64,000 bases of DNA from Burkholderiales bacterium (GCA_028872015.1 JAGWLO010000011.1:325-64324); one strand, 5' to 3'. Counted from the stretch's first letter, positions 1-9,113 are shown. The notes: generated by a model not told the origin, from the letters alone. Translations and numbers: made by a program.

Positions 1-710
1 TGCTGGTTCCATTCGTCGGCTTTTGGGGTGCGCTGCTGATCTCGCCGTTCCTCACGGCGATCGTCGGCCTGGTGATCGAGCGCATCATGATCCGTCCGCT
101 CTACGGCCGCGATCCGCTTTACAGCCTGCTGCTGACCTTCGGTCTCGCTTTCATCTTCGAGGACGGCACGCGCTTCATATGGGGTCCGCAGACCCTGCCG
201 TTTTCGGTGCCCGGCTGGCTGCAGAATCAGCTCAGCACCCAGTTCTTCTTCCTCACCGGCTACCGCGGGTTCATGGTGGTGCTGGCGACGGTCGCGGTCA
301 TCGCGCTGTTCCTGATCCTCAGCCGGACGCGTGTCGGCATGCGCATTCGCGCCGGGACGCTGGACCTCGAGACCGTCTCCGTGCTCGGCGTCAACACGCG
401 CTTCCTACGCACGGTCAATTTCGGGCTGGGCATCTTTCTGGCGGGTCTCGCCGGCGTGCTCGCCGCTGGCATGCTCGGTTTGCAACCGACGACCGGCAGC
501 GAGTTGATCATGCCGAGCTTTGTCGCCGTCATCATCGGCGGCCTCGGCAGCCTGCCGGGCACGCTGCTGGGCGGGTTGCTCATCGGTGTCGCCTCGGGCG
601 TCACCAGCGTGTTCTTCCCGGACGCGAGCGAGGCGGTGATCTACGTAATGATGGGTCTGGTGTTGCTGGTGCGGCCGCGCGGCCTGCTGGGTGAGGAGGG
701 TCGTTTCTGA
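1..710 (+). CDS. livH: Branched-chain amino acid ABC transporter permease (LivH-type), 5-prime end cut by window edge
   Basis: Frame is open from base 3. Peptide ...IERIMIRPLYGRDPLYSLLLTFG...IIGGLGSLPGTLLGGLLIG is a LivH-like C-terminal part. Stop TGA 708-710 overlaps the next start. Confidence 0.85.
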   Translation, partial: LVPFVGFWGALLISPFLTAIVGLVIERIMIRPLYGRDPLYSLLLTFGLAFIFEDGTRFIWGPQTLPFSVPGWLQNQLSTQFFFLTGYRGFMVVLATVAVIALFLILSRTRVGMRIRAGTLDLETVSVLGVNTRFLRTVNFGLGIFLAGLAGVLAAGMLGLQPTTGSELIMPSFVAVIIGGLGSLPGTLLGGLLIGVASGVTSVFFPDASEAVIYVMMGLVLLVRPRGLLGEEGRF

Positions 711-1723
711 TGGTCCGTCTCGATAAGTCGGCGGACGCCGCGCGCACCGGCGCATCAAGCGTCCCGCTTGCTGGTTTTCGCGTCGACAGGCGCGCCGCCG
801 ACGCCATCGTCTGGCTGCTGTTGCTGACCATGCCGTTCTGGATCGACTGGATCGGCGGCTACACCCAGCTTGGCACCCGCGTTGTGATTCTGGCGCTTGC
901 CGCGATGTCGCTCAATTTCCTGCTCGGCTACACCGGCGTGCTGTCGTTCGGCCATGCGGCGTATTTCGGCCTGGGCAGCTACGGCCTCGGACTGACGATC
1001 AAATATCTGGTGCCGAACACGCTGGTCGGCATGGGGGTCGGTATCGTCACCGCCATCGTCGCAGCGGCGATCATCGGCGTGTTGATCGTGCGGCTGCGGG
1101 GCATCTACTTCGCGATGGTGACCATTGCCTTCGGCCAAGTGTTCTATTTCATCGCCTACCGCTGGAACAACGTCACCGGTGGCGACGATGGTCTCTCCGG
1201 CTGGCACCGGATGCCAATCAACCTCGGCTTTACCCAGATCGACGTCCTTAACAACGACCTGGCGTTCTATTACGTGGCGCTGTTCTGTTTCGCGGTGTCG
1301 GTTGGCATCATGGCGCTGCTGCTGCGCTCGCCGTTCGGCCGCACGCTGTTGGCGATCCGCGAGAACGAGCGCCGCGCGCGCTTTCTCGGAATTCCGGTGG
1401 ACCGGCACATCTGGTTGTCCTGGCTCATCTCGTGCACCTTCACCGGCCTGGCTGGCACGCTCTATGCGATGCTGAACAACTTCTCCGACCCGCATGACCT
1501 GCACTGGGAGCAATCGGGGAATTTCGTCATCATGGCGGTCTTGGGCGGCATGCGCAGCTTCTGGGGACCGCTGATCGGCGCGGCCATCTTCATCGTGCTC
1601 GAAGACTACATTTCGAGCCGCACCGAGAACTGGGAATCGTTTATCGGCCTCTTTTTCATCCTCGTGGTGCTGTTCTTCCCGCGCGGTGTCCTGGGTATGA
1701 TCAAGCGGAAGACCATGCAATGA
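710..1723 (+). CDS. livM: Branched-chain amino acid ABC transporter permease (LivM-type)
   Basis: 337-aa polytopic membrane ORF. GAGGAGG Shine-Dalgarno at 693-699; the ATG shares its A with the livH stop. LivM-like LSFGHAAYFGLGSY segment. Confidence 0.85.
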   Translation: MVRLDKSADAARTGASSVPLAGFRVDRRAADAIVWLLLLTMPFWIDWIGGYTQLGTRVVILALAAMSLNFLLGYTGVLSFGHAAYFGLGSYGLGLTIKYLVPNTLVGMGVGIVTAIVAAAIIGVLIVRLRGIYFAMVTIAFGQVFYFIAYRWNNVTGGDDGLSGWHRMPINLGFTQIDVLNNDLAFYYVALFCFAVSVGIMALLLRSPFGRTLLAIRENERRARFLGIPVDRHIWLSWLISCTFTGLAGTLYAMLNNFSDPHDLHWEQSGNFVIMAVLGGMRSFWGPLIGAAIFIVLEDYISSRTENWESFIGLFFILVVLFFPRGVLGMIKRKTMQ

Positions 1724-2469
1724 GCCTGCTCCAGGTCGACAACGTCTCCAAGCGATTCGGCGATCTGGTTGCCGTCAACGGCGTGTCGATGACGGTCGAA
1801 CAGGGCGAATTGCGCGCCGTCATCGGCCCGAACGGTGCCGGCAAGACCACGTTCTTCAACCTGATCAGCGGCTTCTTCACACCGTCGGCCGGCAAGATCA
1901 TTTTCGACAACCAGGACGTCACCAAGCTGATGCCGGCGCAGCGCGTATGGCGCGGCATGGCGCGCACGTTCCAGATCACCGAGGTGTTTCCCGAGCTGAC
2001 GACGCGCGAGAATTTGCGTATTGCGGTCGAGGTCGCCGCGGGCTACCGGCTCAAGACCTGGCTCTCGCGCGATCTCGACGGCGAGGCCCGCGCCCGTGTC
2101 ACCGACCTGCTCGAGATGAGCGGCCTCGCCAGCAAAGCCGATCGTCTGGTCGGCGAGCTGTCGCACGGCGATCAACGCGCGACCGAGATCATGATGGCGC
2201 TGGCGCTGAAGCCGCGGCTGCTGCTGCTCGACGAGCCGACCGCCGGCATGGGCGACCAGGAGACCTATGACATCACGCAGCTCATCCGCAAGCTGCACAA
2301 GGACCAGAAGCTGACGATCGTGCTGATCGAGCACGACATGCGCGTCGTCTTCCATCTCGCCGACCGCATCATGGTCCTGGCGGAAGGCGCGCCGCTGGCG
2401 GAAGGCACGCCGGCCGAGATCGCCAAGAACGAGGCGGTGCAGGCGGCCTATCTAGGGAAGGCGGCATGA
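1720..2469 (+). CDS. livG: ABC transporter ATP-binding protein (LivG-type)
   Basis: Walker A GPNGAGKTT, signature LSHGDQR, Walker B LLLLDEP. ATGA overlap with livM. Confidence 0.9.
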   Translation: MSLLQVDNVSKRFGDLVAVNGVSMTVEQGELRAVIGPNGAGKTTFFNLISGFFTPSAGKIIFDNQDVTKLMPAQRVWRGMARTFQITEVFPELTTRENLRIAVEVAAGYRLKTWLSRDLDGEARARVTDLLEMSGLASKADRLVGELSHGDQRATEIMMALALKPRLLLLDEPTAGMGDQETYDITQLIRKLHKDQKLTIVLIEHDMRVVFHLADRIMVLAEGAPLAEGTPAEIAKNEAVQAAYLGKAA

Positions 2470-3200
2470 GCGGCGCAGTCGTGCTCCAGGCCGAGGACCT
2501 GCACACCTATTACGGCAAGAGCCACATCTTGCACGGCGTCGGGCTCGAGGTGCGCGAAGGCGAAATCGTCACGCTCCTGGGCCGCAACGGCGCTGGCAAG
2601 ACGACGACGCTGCGCAGCCTCGTCGGCTTGACCCATCCGCGCGAGGGCGCGGTGCGCATCTTCGGCCACGCCACGACCGACTGGTCGCCCTTCCGCATCG
2701 CCGGGATCGGCGTCGGCTATGTGCCCGAGGGACGGCGGATTTTCGCCAACCTGACGGTCGAAGAAAATCTCAAGGTACCGATCGAGCGACCGGGGCCGTG
2801 GACGATCCCGCGCGTCTACGAGCTCTTCCCGCGGCTGGCGCAGCGCAAATCGAACAAGGGCCGCCAGCTGTCCGGCGGTGAGCAGGAGATGCTGTCGATC
2901 TCACGCGCGCTCCTGCTCAATCCGAAGCTGCTGATGCTCGACGAGCCGTCGCAGGGCTTGGCGCCGCTGATCGTGCAGGAAGTGTTCAAGGTGGTCGTCG
3001 CCGCGCGGAAGGAGGGCATCTCGGTGCTGCTGGTCGAGCAGAACGTGCGCGCGGCGGTCGAGATCGCCGACCGCGCCTACGTGCTCGAGCACGGCAGCAT
3101 GGCCTACGAAGGCCCGGCCGCCGAGTTCGGCGCCGACGAGGAGCGCGTGCGCGCCCTGGCCGGCGCCAGCGCCGAGACCTGGGAAGACCTCGACGCTTGA
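2466..3200 (+). CDS. livF: ABC transporter ATP-binding protein (LivF-type)
   Basis: Walker A GRNGAGKTT, signature LSGGEQEML, Walker B LLMLDEPS. ATGA overlap with livG. Confidence 0.9.
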   Translation: MSGAVVLQAEDLHTYYGKSHILHGVGLEVREGEIVTLLGRNGAGKTTTLRSLVGLTHPREGAVRIFGHATTDWSPFRIAGIGVGYVPEGRRIFANLTVEENLKVPIERPGPWTIPRVYELFPRLAQRKSNKGRQLSGGEQEMLSISRALLLNPKLLMLDEPSQGLAPLIVQEVFKVVVAARKEGISVLLVEQNVRAAVEIADRAYVLEHGSMAYEGPAAEFGADEERVRALAGASAETWEDLDA

Positions 3201-3237
3201 GCGGCCAGCGCGCCACCGGCGCCGGCCCGGGCCGCCC

Positions 3238-4422
3238 ATGACCCAGCGCGGCGTCCACCTGCAGTACCGGTTCGAGGCCCGGCCCGACGGCAGCCCGCCG
3301 GGCCAGCGCGGGGGCGATCTCGACAATCCGCTGTTCGACCTGCTGCTGGCGCTGCGCGAGCAGGGCTCGATCGCGCAGGCCGCGCGCGCCGGCGGCCAGT
3401 CGTACCGGCACCTGTGGGGCGCGCTCAAGCAGTGGGAGCAGACGCTCGGCCAGCCGCTGGTGCAGTGGCACAAGGGCCAGGCCGCGCGGCTCACGCCGTT
3501 CGCCGAGCGGCTGCTGTGGGCCGAGACGCAGGCCCGGGCCCGGCTCACGCCCCAGATCGAGGCGCTGCGCGCCGACCTGGAGCGCGTGCTGGCCGAGGCG
3601 CTGGACGGCTCGCAGCTGCTGCTGACGGTGTTCGCCAGCCACGACCTGGCACTGCCGCTGCTGCGCGAGCAGGCTGCCGCGCAGGGGCTGCACGTGGACC
3701 TGCGATTCGCCGGCAGCGTGGATGCGCTGCGCGCGCTGGCGGCCGGGCGCTGCACCGTGGCGGGCTTCCACGTGCCCCTGGGCGACCAGGGCGGTGCCGT
3801 GTTCATGCGCCAGCTCAAGCCGCTGCTCGAGCCGGGCCGGCACAAGCTCATCGGCTGCGCGCGCCGCCGCCAGGGGCTGATGGTGGCGGCGGGCAATCCG
3901 CTGGGCCTGGCAGGGCTGGCCGACGCCGCGGCCGCCGTGGGGCAGGGCGCGCGCTTCGTGGCGCGGCAGGCCGGCTCGGGCACGCGGCTGCTGCTCGAGC
4001 ACCTGTGCCAGGCGGGCGGCCTCGCGCCGGCAGGGCTGCTGGCCGGCGGCCGCGCCGCCGAGGACAGCCACCTGGCCGTGGCCGCCGCGGTGGCCAGCGG
4101 CAGCGCCGACGCCGGCCTGGGCATCGAAGCCGCGGCGATGCAGTTCGGCCTGGGCTTCGTGCCCCTGGTCGAGGAAGACTACTTCCTGGTCTGCCTGCGC
4201 GAGGCGCTGGATGAGCCGCCGCTGCGGGCCCTGCGCGGCCTGTTGCAGGGCCCGGCCTGGCGCGATGCGGTGGCCTCGCTGCCGGGCTACGCGCCAGCGC
4301 ACAGCGGCGAGGTGCTGTCGCTGACGCAGGCGCTGCCCTGGTGGCGCTTCCGCACGCCGCGCCCGCCCCACGCGCCCCAGCCGCCCCGCCCGTCCCGCCC
4401 GTCGGGCCCGCCCCGGACCTGA
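3238..4422 (+). CDS. Transcriptional regulator with ModE-type winged HTH fused to a periplasmic-binding-protein-like ligand domain
   Basis: 394-aa ORF. N-terminal GSIAQAARAGGQSYRHLWGALKQWEQTLGQPLVQWHKGQAARLTPFAERLLW resembles the ModE N-terminal HTH. The rest looks like a PBP-like domain (PBP_like family as I recall it). No Mop/TOBE repeats; Pro-rich tail. Confidence 0.7.
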   Translation: MTQRGVHLQYRFEARPDGSPPGQRGGDLDNPLFDLLLALREQGSIAQAARAGGQSYRHLWGALKQWEQTLGQPLVQWHKGQAARLTPFAERLLWAETQARARLTPQIEALRADLERVLAEALDGSQLLLTVFASHDLALPLLREQAAAQGLHVDLRFAGSVDALRALAAGRCTVAGFHVPLGDQGGAVFMRQLKPLLEPGRHKLIGCARRRQGLMVAAGNPLGLAGLADAAAAVGQGARFVARQAGSGTRLLLEHLCQAGGLAPAGLLAGGRAAEDSHLAVAAAVASGSADAGLGIEAAAMQFGLGFVPLVEEDYFLVCLREALDEPPLRALRGLLQGPAWRDAVASLPGYAPAHSGEVLSLTQALPWWRFRTPRPPHAPQPPRPSRPSGPPRT

Positions 4423-4438
4423 GGCCGACGGCGCGCCG

Positions 4439-5059
4439 CTACGGCCGGCCCGGCGGCGACTGCAGGCGCTGCAGTTCGGCCGCGGTGTTGGCGTTGAAGA
4501 ACGCGGCCGCGTCGTCGAACACCGCCGTCGCGCAGCGGTGCTGCGCCGTCCAGCGGTCGATCTTGCGCTGGCCGCCCTGCAGGAAAGCCACCAGGCTGTC
4601 GATCAGGCTCGCCCGCAGCAGGCAGAACACGGGCTGCGGCTGCAGCCCGCCGTGCTCGTGTGCGTCGCGGGTGGCAGCCATCGCGATCTCGGCGTCCTCG
4701 GCCTGCAGCGCCGCTGACAGGCGCTCGACCAGGTCGGCCGGAAAGTCGGGCGTGTCGCAGGGCACGCTCACCAGGTACGGGGTCTCGCAGTGCTCCAGCC
4801 CCGCCAGCAGCCCGGCCAGCGGGCCGGGGTAGTCGGCCAGCGGGTCGGGCCAGACCGGCACGCCCATGCTGTCGTAGGCGGCCAGGTTGCGGTTGGCATT
4901 GATCATCGCGTGGCCCACCTGGGGCTGCAGCCGCAGCAGCGCGTGCAGGGCCAGCGGCAGGCCGCGATGGTTCTGCAGGCCCTTGTCGGCGCCGCCCATG
5001 CGGCTGCCCCGGCCGCCGGCCAGCACGAGGCCGGTGATCTCGCTGCGCGCGATCGTCAT
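4439..5059 (-). CDS. mobA: Molybdenum cofactor guanylyltransferase
   Basis: 206-aa ORF. N-terminal [18 protein letters not shown] nucleotide-binding motif and a PCDTP segment typical of MobA. Confidence 0.85.
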   Translation of the reverse strand: MTIARSEITGLVLAGGRGSRMGGADKGLQNHRGLPLALHALLRLQPQVGHAMINANRNLAAYDSMGVPVWPDPLADYPGPLAGLLAGLEHCETPYLVSVPCDTPDFPADLVERLSAALQAEDAEIAMAATRDAHEHGGLQPQPVFCLLRASLIDSLVAFLQGGQRKIDRWTAQHRCATAVFDDAAAFFNANTAAELQRLQSPPGRP

Positions 5060-5062
5060 GGC

Positions 5063-5689
5063 TCAGGACTCCAGCAGGTCGAAGCCCTGGGTCTCGACCT
5101 GCATGAAGGCGCGCGTGAGGGCCGCCACCGCGCGCCAGAGCTCGGCGCGCGGGTGCGCCAGCACGGCCTCGCAGCAGGCCTCGACCCAGGGCTGCAGGTG
5201 GGCGCGGAAGAAGCGGCGCTGCTGCTCGAGGTTGCAGACCGCGGCGTCGTCGCCGGCGATCAGGTAGCGCATCACCTCGAAGCCGTAGGCGATGTGGTCC
5301 TCGGTCTCCAGCGCCTGCGCGTCGCGCGCCAGCCCGAGGGCGGCCAGATCGGTGCGCAGCGCCGCCAGCGGCCGCTCGTTCAAGAAGCCGCTGAGGTAGT
5401 ACGAGCCGTAGACCAGCACCTCGGGCTTGCCGATGCCGTGGAACAGCGCGTCGTGCTCGGCGGCGGCGGCCTCCACGCTCGTGCCGCGCAGCGCCGCGAC
5501 GAGCGCTTCCCAGGGCGGCTGCAGCGCGGCGCCGGGCTCCTCGGCCTGCGTCACCGCCACCCCGAACTGCGCCAGCAGGTCGGCGTCGGGCGGCGCCAGC
5601 CACAGGCGGGCCAGCAGGCCGTAGAGCTCGGCCCGGGCCAGCTCTTCGTGGTCGCCCGCCGGGCTCAGGGTCACGGGACGCTCGTTCAT
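5063..5689 (-). CDS. TorD/DmsD-family redox-enzyme maturation chaperone
   Basis: 208-aa ORF. ELARAELYGLLARLWLAPPDADLL... and EDHIAYGFEVMRYL patterns are typical of TorD-like chaperones. 3-nt gap to mobA. Confidence 0.7.
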   Translation of the reverse strand: MNERPVTLSPAGDHEELARAELYGLLARLWLAPPDADLLAQFGVAVTQAEEPGAALQPPWEALVAALRGTSVEAAAAEHDALFHGIGKPEVLVYGSYYLSGFLNERPLAALRTDLAALGLARDAQALETEDHIAYGFEVMRYLIAGDDAAVCNLEQQRRFFRAHLQPWVEACCEAVLAHPRAELWRAVAALTRAFMQVETQGFDLLES

Positions 5690-5696
5690 GGACGCC

Positions 5697-7904
5697 CTAG
5701 AGGTCGGTGATGCGCGTCTCGCGCGTGCTGGTGTGGAGGTCGATCACGCGGCAGTCGCCGCACATCTTCAGCCGCTCGGCCGCGGCGCCTTGGAAGGCGG
5801 AGTGGCCGGCCAGCTTGGCGATCATGTTCTCGATCGCGCGCTGGGTGCCGAAGGGCTTGCTGCAGCGCACGCAACGGTAGGGCGCCATCTCGGCCAGCAC
5901 CCGCGGCGCCTTGCGCGCGCGGCCGCCGTCGGCCAGCCACAGGCGCGGGCGCAGCGCGATGGCGCCCTCGGGGCAGGTGCTGGCGCACAGGCCGCACTGG
6001 ACGCAGTTCTTCTCGATGAACTTGAGCTGCGGCTGCTCGGGGTTGTCGGCCAGCGCGGCCGAGGGGCAGGCGCCGACGCAGCTCAGGCACAGCGTGCACT
6101 TGGTGGTGTCGATCGCCAGGCCGCCCCAGGGCGAGCCGGCCGCGGGCAGCTCGATCGCTGCGTCGGGCACGTCGGGCGCGGCCGGCGCCTGCGCCAGCAG
6201 GTGCTCGAGCGCCAGCTCCAGCGTGGCGCGCTTGTCGGCCTGCGCCGCAAAGGCCGCCGGCTGCGCGACGGTCTGCGCCGGCGGGGCCCGCAGCGCGGCG
6301 TCGAGCGCGACCTGTTCGTGGCGGGTCTCGGGGCCCGCCTCGATCAGGCGCAGGTGCGTGCCGGCGTAGCCCAGCCCGGCCAGCACCGCATTGGCCACGG
6401 CCATCTGCGCGGCCAGCGCGGCGCGGTACTCGGGCGCCTCCTCGTCGGTCAGCAGCACCCAGACCTGGCTCGCGCCCTGCGCCAGCGCCGCCAGCCACAG
6501 GTCCAGGCCGATGCTGGCCGTATGCCACAGCGCCACGGGCAGCACCCGCGCCGGCAGGCCGCGCAGGCGGCGGTCCAGCCGCGCAGCGCGGCCCAGCGCC
6601 TCGACGCGGCGGCTGCCGGCGCCTTCGCTGTGCAGCAGCAGCACGGCATCGCGCCCGCCGGCGCGGGCGTAGGTGGCCAGCATCGTGCGCAGGCGCCGGC
6701 CCTGGTCGACGGTGCCGGGGTAGGCGTAGCTCATCGCCCCGGTGGGGCAGACGGTGCTGCAGGCGCCGCAGCCCACGCACAGGTGCGGCTCGACGATGAC
6801 CCCGGCCGGCTGCCCCGGCGCCTTGCCCTTGCGCGTGGCGTCGCTGCGGATGGCCTGCGCCGAGCACACGTCGATGCAGGCCGTGCAGCCGATCTGTTCG
6901 TTGCGGCTGTGCGCGCAGAGCTTGGCCTGCCAGCGGAAGAAGCGCGGCTTGTCGAACTCGCCGGTGAGATCGCGCAGCGCCTGCACCGCGTCGCGCAAGG
7001 CCGACTCGGCGGCCGCCGCATCGCCGCGGCCGCCGACATGGAAGTAGCCCTGCGGCGGCTGGTGCATCGTGAAGGCGGGCTCGGGCCGCAGGTCGAGCAC
7101 GAGGTCGACCGACTCGGTGTGGCGGGTCGGCGCGCGGCCGAAGTCGATCGCGCCAGCGGCGTCGCACACGCGCACGCAGTCGCGGTGGCTCTTGCAGGCG
7201 GCCAGGTCGACCTGCCAGTCGGCGCCGATGGCGCCTTCGGGGCAGGCGTCGATGCAGGCGTTGCAGCGCGTGCACAGGTCGAGGTCGATCGGGTTGCGGC
7301 TTTCCCACTCGGCCTCGAAGGCGCCGAGCCAGCCCTGCAGCCGCAGCAGCCGGCCGTGGTGGGTGGCCCGCACGTGGTCCTGCGCCAGCGGGCCGCCGGG
7401 CTCGGTGACGAGCACGCTCACGCTCAGGCGGTCGGCCAGCATCGCCGCGGCACGCTCGGCGGCGGCGGCGGCGCCGACGACCAGGCAGCGCCCGGCCGAG
7501 CGGTAGCTCACGGTGGGCACCGGCTCGGGCGGCGGCAACTGGGCCGCGGCGAGCAGGGCCGCGATCTTGGGCGTGGGCGAGGCGCTGTCGCGCGACCAGC
7601 CCGCGGTCTCGCGGATGTTGACGAAATGGATCGGCCGCTGCGACGTGGGCCGCGTGCCCTCGGTGGCGTCGTTGAGCTCCAGGAACAGGCGCTGCTCCTG
7701 CGTGCAGGCCACCAGCAGCGGCTCGCCGCTGGCGGCGGTCTCGCGCGCCGCGCGCTGGAAGGCCGGGGCCTCGCGCCGGCACAGCAGCGTGTGGACGGTG
7801 TCGAGCCCGTCCGGGCCCGCCTCAGCCGGCCCAGCCAGCGCCTGGCGCAGCGCCGGGGCCGCGAGCGCCATCGTCTGGTTGCAGTTGCAGATCAGGGTCT
7901 TCAT
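5697..7904 (-). CDS. Large cytoplasmic polyferredoxin (multiple 4Fe-4S dicluster domains)
   Basis: 735-aa ORF with no signal peptide; starts MKTLICNCNQTM. CxxCxxCxxxCP motifs CTRCNACIDACP, CVGCGACSTVCP, CTLCLSCVGACP and CVQCGLCASTCP, plus partial clusters and a C-terminal CVRC...CGDC pair. Confidence 0.8.
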   Translation of the reverse strand: MKTLICNCNQTMALAAPALRQALAGPAEAGPDGLDTVHTLLCRREAPAFQRAARETAASGEPLLVACTQEQRLFLELNDATEGTRPTSQRPIHFVNIRETAGWSRDSASPTPKIAALLAAAQLPPPEPVPTVSYRSAGRCLVVGAAAAAERAAAMLADRLSVSVLVTEPGGPLAQDHVRATHHGRLLRLQGWLGAFEAEWESRNPIDLDLCTRCNACIDACPEGAIGADWQVDLAACKSHRDCVRVCDAAGAIDFGRAPTRHTESVDLVLDLRPEPAFTMHQPPQGYFHVGGRGDAAAAESALRDAVQALRDLTGEFDKPRFFRWQAKLCAHSRNEQIGCTACIDVCSAQAIRSDATRKGKAPGQPAGVIVEPHLCVGCGACSTVCPTGAMSYAYPGTVDQGRRLRTMLATYARAGGRDAVLLLHSEGAGSRRVEALGRAARLDRRLRGLPARVLPVALWHTASIGLDLWLAALAQGASQVWVLLTDEEAPEYRAALAAQMAVANAVLAGLGYAGTHLRLIEAGPETRHEQVALDAALRAPPAQTVAQPAAFAAQADKRATLELALEHLLAQAPAAPDVPDAAIELPAAGSPWGGLAIDTTKCTLCLSCVGACPSAALADNPEQPQLKFIEKNCVQCGLCASTCPEGAIALRPRLWLADGGRARKAPRVLAEMAPYRCVRCSKPFGTQRAIENMIAKLAGHSAFQGAAAERLKMCGDCRVIDLHTSTRETRITDL

Positions 7905-8463
7905 CGCGGGGGCCGGTGGTGGAGCTGGTGTCGGAGCCGATGTGGGCGCCGGTGTCGGAGCCGGTGGCGGGGGCGGGGGAGGGCGGTGGTTCGGCGGCGG
8001 CGGTCAGGGCGGGTTCGGCTTGCGGCTGCGGGGCCGGGCCTGGCGGCGCTGCGCGGTCCGGCACGTCTTCGCCGTCGAACAGCCCGAGCCACTGCGACTG
8101 CGCCATGCGGCGCAGCATGCCCGGCGGCAGGGGGTCGGGCTGGCTGTAGTCGTCGACGTAGACGTCCAGGCCGTCCATGACGTTGAAGCGCGGGTCGGTG
8201 AACAGCCGGCCCAGCGCCGCATTGCGAACCTCGGGCGCCACGTCGCGGCCCACGAAGCGCGCGTAGTCGGCGTCGGGACCGAGCTGCGCCACGTCGGCCA
8301 GCGTCGGCGCGGGCAGCGGCGCCTTCGGCTCGGCCGGACCGGCGGGCTGGACCGGCGGGGGCAGCGGGGTCAGCGGCAGCGGCGGACTCGGCAGCGCCTC
8401 GGCGCCCGGCCCGCCGTCGCGGCGGGCCCAGCGCTGGAAGAAGCTCGGTGCCTGCGCGGCCAT
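7822..8463 (-). CDS. DUF3306-like protein
   Basis: 213-aa ORF with high GC3. N-terminal FFQRWARR and RLFTDPRFNVMDGLDVYVDDY motifs that I associate with DUF3306. The low-complexity Pro/Ala tail overlaps the polyferredoxin start by 83 nt. Confidence 0.65.
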   Translation of the reverse strand: MAAQAPSFFQRWARRDGGPGAEALPSPPLPLTPLPPPVQPAGPAEPKAPLPAPTLADVAQLGPDADYARFVGRDVAPEVRNAALGRLFTDPRFNVMDGLDVYVDDYSQPDPLPPGMLRRMAQSQWLGLFDGEDVPDRAAPPGPAPQPQAEPALTAAAEPPPSPAPATGSDTGAHIGSDTSSTTGPRDEDPDLQLQPDDGARGPGAAPGAGWAG

Positions 8464-8475
8464 CGCGACGCGGCG

Positions 8476-8955
8476 TCAACGCTCGCCCGGGGCCTGGAAC
8501 GACGCCGGGCGGCGCCGCCGCCGGGGCTCGGGGCGGTCGTGCGCGAGGGCGAAATCGGCCAGCCAGGGCAGCAGCTCGGGCGGCAGGGGCAGGCTGTCGA
8601 CGCGCTCCTGGGCATCGAGCAGGCGGCCGGCCTCATGGTAGGACAGCGTCACGCGCTCGGGCCAGGCCCGCGAGGGGTCGTCATCGGCCACGCGCCACAT
8701 CACGAACCAGGCCGGCGCGCCCGAATCGAGGTTGAGCCGGTAGCCGGCCGCCTCGTCCGGGTACAGCGCCACCTCCAGGCCCGGGTGCAGGAAGACCGCG
8801 TGGCGGCCGTCGTCGCGCAGGGTACGGGCGCCGGCCCCGAAGCGGCCGTCGTCGGCCAGCACCTGCGTGATGCGGAAGCGCCAGTCCTCCCAGGAGTTGG
8901 GCTGGCGTTCGCGTTCGATCTGCACGGCAACGCACAGGCTGGGGCGGGGGTCCAA
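8476..8955 (-). CDS. DUF3305-like protein
   Basis: 159-aa ORF. VAVQIERERQPNSWEDWRF...LYPDEAAGYRLNL pattern that I associate with DUF3305. The start in the track is TTG with no clear SD, so the start is uncertain. Confidence 0.6.
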   Translation of the reverse strand: MDPRPSLCVAVQIERERQPNSWEDWRFRITQVLADDGRFGAGARTLRDDGRHAVFLHPGLEVALYPDEAAGYRLNLDSGAPAWFVMWRVADDDPSRAWPERVTLSYHEAGRLLDAQERVDSLPLPPELLPWLADFALAHDRPEPRRRRRPASFQAPGER

Positions 8956-9113
8956 GGCAGGCTCGCAGGCTCGCAGGCGCGGGGCCGGGTAGAGGGATCG
9001 GGGAATCAGGGGGTCGGAAGGTCTGAGTTTAGGTGGCGGCCGCCGCCCCCGCCGCCCGTCGCGCTGGCGGCGCGGGCTCGGTTTACCCCGAGGCGGCGCA
9101 TCCTCAAATCGGT

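Noticed and set aside
7905-8040. Direct repeat GGTGTCGGAGCC (two copies, 24-nt period) and G-rich runs that superficially look like a repeat array.
   Set aside because: It lies inside the coding low-complexity tail of the DUF3306-like gene (GSDT...GSDT). There are only two copies and no spacer-repeat architecture, so it is not a CRISPR or a regulatory repeat.
8956-9113. Searched the fdh divergent region for FNR (TTGAT-N4-ATCAA) or NarL-type heptamers, and noted the direct repeat GCAGGCTC GCAGGCTC (8959-8974) and the palindrome GGCGGCCGCC.
   Set aside because: There is no convincing FNR box. TACCCCG at 9084 is only a weak NarL-like heptamer. The short GC repeats and palindromes are expected by chance in DNA this GC-rich.
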